Assembly: GCA_021151535.1 (NCBI GenBank)
Contig: JAGKXC010000001.1
Location: forward strand, 14,601-78,600
Source: Sphingobacteriia bacterium
GTDB lineage: Bacteria; Bacteroidota; Bacteroidia; NS11-12g; UBA955
Reading direction: 5' to 3'
Length of the DNA: 64,000 nucleotides
In this document: positions 41,521-49,447 of the stretch, piece by piece
Layout: each line of letters opens with the position of its first letter
How positions within the stretch are numbered: position 1 is the first letter of the stretch
Translations under genes and position numbers: made by a program
Notes under the pieces: model-generated
Seen by the model: only the letters and a program-made list of their open reading frames with translations
Databases searched by the model: none
What the model was told of the DNA's origin: nothing

Positions 41521-42476
41521 CCCAATGGATCTTCTATGTTACTCTCTCGGATAATATAAGTGGGTCTATTCTTTACATTCTCACTTACCCTACCCAAATA
41601 TTCACCCAACATCCCAATGCCAACCAACTGAACACCACCCAAAAACAAGATCGAAATCTGCAGAGACGTCCAACCCTGAATGGTATAACCAAAGAACTTC
41701 TGATAAATACTATACAATATCATTAAAAAAGCCACAATTGAAACAAGAAAACCCATCATTGTAGCCAATTTCAATGGCCAGTTGCTAAAACTCACAATTC
41801 CATCCATCGCAAACTTCATCATCTTCGAATAACTAAACTTCGTTTCTCCACCCATTCTTTCCTCCCTATCATACTCTACCGCTACATGGTTAAATCCAAT
41901 CCATGCAATCTGCCCACGCAAATATTTATCCCTTTCCGGCATCAACTTCAATACCCTTTGAACCTTCCTATGTATCAACCGGAAATCTCCCGTATCAATG
42001 GGAATCTCCACACTCGTCATCTTCGCCAATAACCGGTAAAAAAGCTTCGCAGTAATCTTCTTCATCAGTGTTTCTCCGCTGCGCGATTTGCGCTTCGCAT
42101 ACACTACCTCAAACCCCTCCAATGATTTTTCATATAACGCTGGAATCAATTCCGGTGGATCTTGCCCATCGCCATCCATGATAATAATCCTTTCCCCTAT
42201 TGCATTCTCAATACCCGCAGTAATCGCTATCTGATGACCGAAATTCCTAGAAAAATCAATATATTTCACCGATTTGTTCTCATCCGCCAACCCCAAAATC
42301 ATCGCCATCGATGCATCCCGCGAACCATCATTCACAAATACAATTTCATACGCAATACCCATCTGCTGCATCACATCCACTATCCTTTGATACAACTTTC
42401 TAATATTCATCTCCTCATTATAAATCGGAACAACCACCGATAACAAAACAGAAGATTGATTTTTGGTTTCAGCCAT
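41517..42476 (-). CDS. GT2 polyprenol-phosphate glycosyltransferase (ArnC/GtrB/DPM1-like), cytoplasmic GT-A domain + 2 C-terminal TM helices
   Basis: LLSVVVPIYNEE...EIVFVNDGSRD...IIMDGDGQDPP (DxD); C-terminal TM segments WPLKLATMMGFLVSIVAFLMILY and SLQISILFLGGVQLVGIGMLGEY. Confidence 0.75.
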   Translation of the reverse strand: MAETKNQSSVLLSVVVPIYNEEMNIRKLYQRIVDVMQQMGIAYEIVFVNDGSRDASMAMILGLADENKSVKYIDFSRNFGHQIAITAGIENAIGERIIIMDGDGQDPPELIPALYEKSLEGFEVVYAKRKSRSGETLMKKITAKLFYRLLAKMTSVEIPIDTGDFRLIHRKVQRVLKLMPERDKYLRGQIAWIGFNHVAVEYDREERMGGETKFSYSKMMKFAMDGIVSFSNWPLKLATMMGFLVSIVAFLMILYSIYQKFFGYTIQGWTSLQISILFLGGVQLVGIGMLGEYLGRVSENVKNRPTYIIRESNIEDPLG

Positions 42477-42530
42477 GTTTCAAAAATATACAATCTTTAC
42501 TTTGTAACTTTGTATTCTAATATCATTCCT

Positions 42531-42932
42531 ATGAAAAAGTTACTTTCCTTTGGTTTTGTTATGTTGTTAACCACCTTTGCCATGGTTTCAACTACCAATT
42601 GCCAACAATCAACTAGCCATGATGGACCAATTTCTGTTGAAGAATTCGATAAAATTATCGGCGGCGATAAATTAGTAATGGTTGATTTTTATACCACTTG
42701 GTGCGGCCCCTGCAAAAGAATGGCCCCTTTTATCCAGCAAATTAAAGAACAACACAGCAACACGGTTATAGTGTTAAAAGTTGATGCCGAAGCACAAATG
42801 AATATTGCTGATCGCTATCGTTTGGAAGGTTACCCAACCGTAATTTTCTTTAAGAAAGGTCAGGTTATCGGGCGATCCCTCGGTTACACCGATTACGACG
42901 GTTTAATGAACCTCGTGAACAAGTTCAAATAA
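42531..42932 (+). CDS. secreted/periplasmic thioredoxin
   Basis: Signal peptide MKKLLSFGFVMLLTTFAMVSTTNC; active site FYTTWCGPCKRMAP. Start moved from the track's 42456 to 42531 because 42456 overlaps the divergent GT2 gene start. Confidence 0.8.
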   Translation: MKKLLSFGFVMLLTTFAMVSTTNCQQSTSHDGPISVEEFDKIIGGDKLVMVDFYTTWCGPCKRMAPFIQQIKEQHSNTVIVLKVDAEAQMNIADRYRLEGYPTVIFFKKGQVIGRSLGYTDYDGLMNLVNKFK

Positions 42933-42960
42933 GTTAATCCCTTCCCACCTATCATATTCA

Positions 42961-42988
42961 AACGCCAGTATCCACTGGCGTTTTTTGT
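42961..42988 (+). terminator. Rho-independent terminator after the thioredoxin gene
   Basis: AACGCCAGT-atcc-ACTGGCGTT 9-bp stem followed by TTTTTTG. Confidence 0.6.
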
Positions 42989-44563
42989 TTAAAAAGATAT
43001 TCCAGCAGATAATTTCAATCCAAGTCCATGAAAAACATTTGGAGCTAATAATGCCTCCACACCGTTGGCTTGAACGTGTAATTGCAGCATTTTTCCATCT
43101 TCATGGAGCTTATACAATCGCCAACCCAAATTGATATCAAACTTATCCCAGCCGCCGATAGAAAATCCCGCAGTAATTCTATTGAAATTCACTCGCATAT
43201 GCTCTCTATAAACACTTTTCTCCGTTCTCCTTATATCAAAGGCCTCGCTGATAATCCTACTAAAAAACGATGCCGGAATTTCAGGTTGTAAACTAATTCT
43301 TGGCATGTATCCTGTTGCATTTATGTATTGAAAACCAAATGGACCCATGTCAATACCCAATTGAAAAGGCATGAGCAAAAATCCAGATCTCCGTTGATCC
43401 AAATTGCCAATATCCTCTTTAACACGATCAACTTCTGAACTGATCCAGTTCGTTTGTTGCAGCTTTGTTGGCGTAATCAAAACCTGCTCAATAGAAACAG
43501 GCTGAACAGCCTTTAATCCTGCAGGTTTAAAGCCCTTACCATTAGCATCCCAAATATACCCTCGGCTACTCACCAACGCATCTTTTAAATAAAACACCCC
43601 AAAATCCTTTAAATCAAACTTGATTACCTGCTTTAACTGGCGATAATATGATCTAGAAAAAAGGTTATAATTACTAAACGACAAACCCATAACCGCGCCA
43701 CTGCTATTTTCATCCATCCTTACCCAGTTATATCGCCCGTTTACAGAAAGTGAATCTGCCAGCGATGAAGTATATACCTTCACAACCTCAGTTTTTAAAC
43801 GCTGAAAACCCGTTAATCTACCCACAAAAACACCCATCTCAATAAACGCAATATTATAATTCCACAATCCATAGGATTCTCGTTTCGTTCTTTCATGGGA
43901 AGATCCATAATAGGTTTCTCTGTTTATTGAAAGCAAAAAATCCAATCGCTCAGCCAAATATTGATCTACCTTATTGCTTCCCACATTCAACAACTCCCCG
44001 CGATAATATCCATTGCCCATAAACATCAATTTATAAGCATCTGGCGATATTTTTCCATTCAACAACCCACCTATACTTCCCACAACAGACCAATAATTGA
44101 TTGTAGAAATGCGAATTTTAGATAGTCCAGTTGCCGAAATAAACGCCGTATCATTTACAATTTCATCGTCTTCTCTCATTTTCTCCAACAGCGATTTATC
44201 TTTCACGTTTGAGGCAATCAACTTCGGTTCTCTAACTACCGAAGAAAATGAAAATCCAAAATTCTGATATAAACCAAATCGGCATTGACCCGTTCCAAAT
44301 CGATTGGCAGTATTACTCAATACTTCCTTGTCCATCCCACCGCCAAAAGCCAATTTATTGAATATATGTTGCGGTAAAATGTTACTTCCCGTCTGCAGAT
44401 TTGAAGTAAAAAAACCATAATACTGCTTCTTCTCTGGCTTCGTTTCAGAAACAGAATCTACCATCACACTATCAGATAAAACATCCTGTGCCATGGAAAT
44501 TCCAACATTACCAATCGCCAGTAAAAATACAATCCACTTACTTTTCATCTTTTCCTGCTCCAA
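42989..44563 (-). CDS. outer-membrane protein of unknown function (beta-barrel-like, C-terminal Phe)
   Basis: Signal peptide MKSKWIVFLLAIGNVGISMAQD. 524 aa, alternating beta pattern, C-terminus ...LKLSAGISF. Confidence 0.45.
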   Translation of the reverse strand: MEQEKMKSKWIVFLLAIGNVGISMAQDVLSDSVMVDSVSETKPEKKQYYGFFTSNLQTGSNILPQHIFNKLAFGGGMDKEVLSNTANRFGTGQCRFGLYQNFGFSFSSVVREPKLIASNVKDKSLLEKMREDDEIVNDTAFISATGLSKIRISTINYWSVVGSIGGLLNGKISPDAYKLMFMGNGYYRGELLNVGSNKVDQYLAERLDFLLSINRETYYGSSHERTKRESYGLWNYNIAFIEMGVFVGRLTGFQRLKTEVVKVYTSSLADSLSVNGRYNWVRMDENSSGAVMGLSFSNYNLFSRSYYRQLKQVIKFDLKDFGVFYLKDALVSSRGYIWDANGKGFKPAGLKAVQPVSIEQVLITPTKLQQTNWISSEVDRVKEDIGNLDQRRSGFLLMPFQLGIDMGPFGFQYINATGYMPRISLQPEIPASFFSRIISEAFDIRRTEKSVYREHMRVNFNRITAGFSIGGWDKFDINLGWRLYKLHEDGKMLQLHVQANGVEALLAPNVFHGLGLKLSAGISF

Positions 44564-44565
44564 AA

Positions 44566-46644
44566 TTATTTGCCAATTTTCACCTGATAATCAACCTCAA
44601 TAGCCGTATTCATCTTTAACTGATAAACACTGTTCATCGTTTTCATCAATCCATCACTATTCAAAGTAGCTTGTATGGCAATAAACTTTGCTTGCTGCAA
44701 AGCCCAAATCTTCTCTCTGGGCAACGCAATACTAAAATTAGATTTCACAGTTTCTACCGGACTTCCATTAGGCAAAGTAATCCCTGGCTCAATGGCATTC
44801 AAACCTCCAACCACATCCAAACTCGTTAAATAACCCATCCCAGCATCTAATAAATCCAATTTCAACCCTGCTCCAAATGGAAACCCATTTTCTACTTCTA
44901 TCAAAATATTAGCGCCCCTAATTCTACTCAAATCACCCAACTTCTCCAACGATAAACTCTGGGTATCCCTTAAATTTAAATGATTAAATAACAATGAATA
45001 AGGCGCCTCTATCTTAAGTATTACTTCAACTTTACTGTTGTCAAAAACAAAATCTTTCCAATTGTTCACATTCCCATTTGGACTGGTTTCAATATCTAAG
45101 TTATAATGCAACAACTGCGGCAAATTCTCAATAAAGGTTCGAATATTTGAATTACTAGAATCTAATGCAATAATGGTCTCTGTGTAGGCATCACGCTTAA
45201 AAGGTGGTGAGGTAACAAATAAATCCTGCCCCAAAACAGTTGCGCCCAAGGCTTGTGAATTCTTGGTAAATACATTTTCCCCTACCAACTTATTCAACCT
45301 TATTCTGCCATCACCGCCAATACTATTTCTCAAAATTAAACTCACCTTAAAATCTTTCAATTTCATGTCAGCATCCAAACCCTTGAATAAATCAAAACCA
45401 GCAACTTGCTCGCCTGTTTGGTTCAAATTCTGACCCATATATCCAATCGCATAATCCGGATACATACCCTCCAATCGGTAATCAATTCGAATACTATCAT
45501 TCAAACCCACCTCTACTTTCCTACCAGAGCTATCCATTGTTACCAGTAAAACCTGGTGGAAAGTGTTTACAGTATCCTTTACGTTCGGATCCTTTCCTCT
45601 AAAGTCAATAACATAATCAGTTAGATCAAACAGCTCATCTTTGGTGGAAATATTCCCCTTAGTTGCACCAGGTAGTTTCACAATTGATTCCAACACCTTG
45701 CCATCCTTTTCAGCCGATGGAATTTTAAAGAACATCGTCATATCCTCCTCAATCGTGCTCACCAGATGAATGCGAATATGACCTCTTTTACACTTAAAAT
45801 ATTTCACCTGCGCACCGCCCATATAAACGGGCAATCCTTCATCTTGGTCTATTACAGTTTGAGTTGGAAACGCAGCTATAGCATGCCTTGGTCTCAATTT
45901 TCTAACGGCCAATTCAACATCCACTCCTTTACTTGCATCAATCAAAACAGGCCCAACACTCGCCTCAGTTATCAACCTTTTAATTGTACCACGCAATCCC
46001 TTAGTTACCGTTTTGTCGCGCAAATCAATCTGCTTCGTTACCGTAGCTTCAACCGCAATATCCATAAATGAATCCAACGCCACCACCGAATTATCCGAAG
46101 CATTCGTTAATTCAAAAACCAACAATTTCACTTTCACCGGCAAATGATTGCTCAACGAAATATCCATCAACCCGCTATCCAATGTAGCCGTTTCAAAAAA
46201 TGCACTGGCATCAATATCCACGGGCGATAAATTTGATTGATCTTGCGCTGGAACATTGGTAGTCTGTCCATTCAACAACTTGAATATGGGATTTATCTCA
46301 CCCAAAGTTACCGAACGCGTTATTTTCTGATCATTCAACTTCAGCCTTTTCAATGTAAAAAATGCCGAGATACCTGTATCATAAGCCCTCACATTCTCCA
46401 TCTGATAACGGTACACCAGATTTTCATACATCAGTTCATAAGAACTATCAATCAAATTTGATTTGAAGTGCGTGGTATCAATATCGCCCAATTTTAAAGA
46501 AGTTTTAAATAATGGCGATACAATACGATTCTCCCATGATGTTGCTTCCCTACTGCATGAAGCAATCACAAATAATACAATTGTTAGTGTACCAAAAATT
46601 AAGCGATTTTTCATCCTTGCTTGCAAGTTAATCCCAACGTGCAA
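44566..46644 (-). CDS. large lipoprotein of unknown function; true start probably MKNRLIF at ~46614
   Basis: Lipobox ...LFVIASCSREATS. 692 aa, no recognisable catalytic motifs. Its stop lies 2 nt before the start of the downstream OMP gene. Confidence 0.45.
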   Translation of the reverse strand: MHVGINLQARMKNRLIFGTLTIVLFVIASCSREATSWENRIVSPLFKTSLKLGDIDTTHFKSNLIDSSYELMYENLVYRYQMENVRAYDTGISAFFTLKRLKLNDQKITRSVTLGEINPIFKLLNGQTTNVPAQDQSNLSPVDIDASAFFETATLDSGLMDISLSNHLPVKVKLLVFELTNASDNSVVALDSFMDIAVEATVTKQIDLRDKTVTKGLRGTIKRLITEASVGPVLIDASKGVDVELAVRKLRPRHAIAAFPTQTVIDQDEGLPVYMGGAQVKYFKCKRGHIRIHLVSTIEEDMTMFFKIPSAEKDGKVLESIVKLPGATKGNISTKDELFDLTDYVIDFRGKDPNVKDTVNTFHQVLLVTMDSSGRKVEVGLNDSIRIDYRLEGMYPDYAIGYMGQNLNQTGEQVAGFDLFKGLDADMKLKDFKVSLILRNSIGGDGRIRLNKLVGENVFTKNSQALGATVLGQDLFVTSPPFKRDAYTETIIALDSSNSNIRTFIENLPQLLHYNLDIETSPNGNVNNWKDFVFDNSKVEVILKIEAPYSLLFNHLNLRDTQSLSLEKLGDLSRIRGANILIEVENGFPFGAGLKLDLLDAGMGYLTSLDVVGGLNAIEPGITLPNGSPVETVKSNFSIALPREKIWALQQAKFIAIQATLNSDGLMKTMNSVYQLKMNTAIEVDYQVKIGK

Positions 46645-46659
46645 GATTCACAAATTCAC

Positions 46660-47172
46660 TTATAAAATATGCTCAAAATACTGACTGATATTGATTTTGA
46701 AAAATCCAACCAATCCAAATATTAATACCCCCCAACAAAGAACAGAAATCACCATCATCTTCCAAGCCGATCTCCTATCTAATCCAAACCCAATCAACAA
46801 CAAGCAAGCCACCGGTAAACTTATCAATACAGGACCTAACAAAGCGATCACACTCAATCCACCTGACATTTTCACTTTCACAATAAATCGATTTTGCCAT
46901 GTAAATTTTCTTTGTTTTTTTGAACCAGACTTCAATTTATCTGACATATCTGGCAAAAACTTTACAGAAAACCATTTTTGCAACTTATTCCAACCCAATA
47001 ACAACATCTCACCCCAAAAAATCCAAGCAGTAACACCCAAAACCCCTCCCAACGTGGTAAACAAAAATCCTTTCACAGGATCATTGGCAAATGCGAACAT
47101 GGCCATACCAACCCCAAAAATGTATTTGAATGAAGATAACAATACAATTCCTGAAATTTCGTACCATTCCAT
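46660..47172 (-). CDS. small polytopic membrane protein (4 predicted TM helices), unknown function
   Basis: 170 aa; hydrophobic helices GIVLLSSFKYIFGVGMAMFAF, LFTTLGGVLGVTAWIFWG, LSVIALLGPVLISLPVACLLLIGF, MMVISVLCWGVLIFGLVGFF. Confidence 0.4.
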   Translation of the reverse strand: MEWYEISGIVLLSSFKYIFGVGMAMFAFANDPVKGFLFTTLGGVLGVTAWIFWGEMLLLGWNKLQKWFSVKFLPDMSDKLKSGSKKQRKFTWQNRFIVKVKMSGGLSVIALLGPVLISLPVACLLLIGFGLDRRSAWKMMVISVLCWGVLIFGLVGFFKINISQYFEHIL

Positions 47173-47362
47173 ACCGTGAAGAAATGAAATTTTGTTCGTT
47201 TTCGTGCAAAAAATATTCCAGCCATTCAGAATTTAACGCAACTTTGTATCTACATATCGAAATTCCATCCCGGAATTTACCCAAATGAGCAATTCAAAGT
47301 CAAAATTCAACCAAATTCCAATTTCATTTGTTAAAGCAAATTTTGGATTGAATGCCTTGAGC

Positions 47363-49447
47363 ATGGGTTGTAAAACTATGTTTCTATTGCTGTGTTGTTT
47401 TTATTTCAATCAATCCTTTGGCCAAATGCCATTAGAGGCAAGTAAGTTCAAGGAATTAGCAGATTCCCAATCACCAGGAAAAACAAAATCCGATTCCATA
47501 AGCGCCGTCAAAAAGAAAACCAATAAACCCAAAACCTACCCAACTGCACAACCATTCCAATTGTCGATTTTAAACAACAAACAAAGGTTCCTCTCAGATA
47601 CTTCCAATCTTTATTGCCATCTTTACGACCCCAACTATCTCAATAATCAAGCTTGGGTAAATTTAGGTGAACCTGCCGGTCCCACGAAAGTGCTTGGTAA
47701 TTTCAGTCTTAATCCCGGATTTAACATAGGACTGAACCCTATGGGATCATTAAAGAAAACCAACCAAAACTTCAAATTTTATCAAGTTCAAGCACCGCTT
47801 ACATTGATGCGATATACACAAGGAACTGGTTCAAGTTTCGCGTTCAATGCCCTACATACTCAAAACCTATCACCTACATGGAACATTACATTAGACTACC
47901 AAAGTATAATAAATGAAAATATGTTTCTCGGAGCTGGTTTAAACTCAACTTCACGAAACACATTCCTTGGCTCAAATTTCACGTCACCCAATGGAAAATT
48001 CCACCAAGTTGTATTATTTGGTTGGAATAGACTAAGAAGAAATGAAAATGGAGGAATAAAACCCGCAGACTTTTATCAATATGCTCAAGTAGCAGATTCC
48101 ACACAATTTGGTCAAAGAACTTTTAACTACTATTCACCTTATTTAACTACTCCAGCCAAATCATTCTTTGGAAATAACCAGCATAGCATCGCTCACCAAT
48201 ACGCGTTAACAAAAAACATCAATATCACCCAATTCTCAACCTTTGAGAAAACAAGATTTCAATATGCAGATACCAAAAGAGATACAAACTTCTATGGCAA
48301 AAATTATTTCCAATACGCTGCAAAAACCAACGACTCTTCTGTGTGGATCAATCAAAACCACTTGTTAGGAACACAATTAGTATTTCAACAAGACTCAATT
48401 AAAAACAATATTATCAGTATAAATTATGCAATCAATAAAGCCACATACCAATCACTATTGCCAATGTGGATCGATTCATTATTGCCCAAAAACTTTTATT
48501 CAAACGGAATTCAATTTCATTGGTTAAATAGCAATTACCAACCCAATAAAATCTCATATCAACTTTTTGGTAATTATACACTAAACGGCAATGGTAAAAC
48601 CGCCCATCATATAAAAGCAGAATTCTGGATTCAAGACATTATCAAAAATCCATTGCCTAAACCCAATCAAACTTACTCATTACAACCAAAATTATCTTTA
48701 AAATTAGAACGAAACTTGCAACTTCCAACCTTATTTGATCAGCAATTCGCTTCTAACCATTTCTTCTACAACAACAACTTCAGTAACCTAACCGGAATTC
48801 AAAATGTGGAAATAACCGCTAACAGAATTACTTTGCTTCAATCCAAAAAGATGAGCATGGAATCTCCAAAAATGCTTACCGAATTAAACTTTAATGCGGA
48901 ATTAGGCCAATGGATAAACCCAGTACTTTCTATCGATGGTGTTCAACCATTACAGTATAATTTCATTTCAAATTACTCAAAAATTACTGCCCAATTCCAC
49001 CAACGAATTAATCATTTCCATTTATACCAAAATATTACATACCATAAATTTAAGGAGAATTACTTAAATCCTTTGTTTAATATGGGTGTTCCCAAAATTT
49101 ACAGCAAAACATCCCTGTTTTTCCAATACTACCTGTTCAACAAAGCCATGTTGGCCAAAACCGGCATCGATATTTGGTACACTTCAGAATTCACACCCAT
49201 GCAGTATCGCCCAGATGCCGCAACTTTCTACTACAATACGTTACAACCTTTTAAATCCGGCAACTACGCCCAAATTGATTGGTATGTATCAGCAAGAATA
49301 CAAACTGCAGATATCTATTTCAAAATAGAACATGCAAATGAACTATACCATATCCCAGGTTTTAACACCAGATATGATTATGTGCTCTACCATCCAATCC
49401 AACCCTATCGTGTTAGATTTGGTTTGCAGTGGAAATTCTATAATTAG
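47363..49447 (+). CDS. outer-membrane protein of unknown function (putative porin-like); start uncertain (47285/47363/47378)
   Basis: Signal peptide MGCKTMFLLLCCFYFNQSFGQ. 690-720 aa, rich in N/Y/Q/F beta-strand-like segments, C-terminal ...RFGLQWKFYN. Confidence 0.45.
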   Translation: MGCKTMFLLLCCFYFNQSFGQMPLEASKFKELADSQSPGKTKSDSISAVKKKTNKPKTYPTAQPFQLSILNNKQRFLSDTSNLYCHLYDPNYLNNQAWVNLGEPAGPTKVLGNFSLNPGFNIGLNPMGSLKKTNQNFKFYQVQAPLTLMRYTQGTGSSFAFNALHTQNLSPTWNITLDYQSIINENMFLGAGLNSTSRNTFLGSNFTSPNGKFHQVVLFGWNRLRRNENGGIKPADFYQYAQVADSTQFGQRTFNYYSPYLTTPAKSFFGNNQHSIAHQYALTKNINITQFSTFEKTRFQYADTKRDTNFYGKNYFQYAAKTNDSSVWINQNHLLGTQLVFQQDSIKNNIISINYAINKATYQSLLPMWIDSLLPKNFYSNGIQFHWLNSNYQPNKISYQLFGNYTLNGNGKTAHHIKAEFWIQDIIKNPLPKPNQTYSLQPKLSLKLERNLQLPTLFDQQFASNHFFYNNNFSNLTGIQNVEITANRITLLQSKKMSMESPKMLTELNFNAELGQWINPVLSIDGVQPLQYNFISNYSKITAQFHQRINHFHLYQNITYHKFKENYLNPLFNMGVPKIYSKTSLFFQYYLFNKAMLAKTGIDIWYTSEFTPMQYRPDAATFYYNTLQPFKSGNYAQIDWYVSARIQTADIYFKIEHANELYHIPGFNTRYDYVLYHPIQPYRVRFGLQWKFYN

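Noticed and set aside
42456-42530. Longer thioredoxin ORF starting at 42456
   Set aside because: It would overlap the divergent GT2 gene start and adds a non-signal-peptide leader. The Met at 42531 begins a canonical signal peptide.
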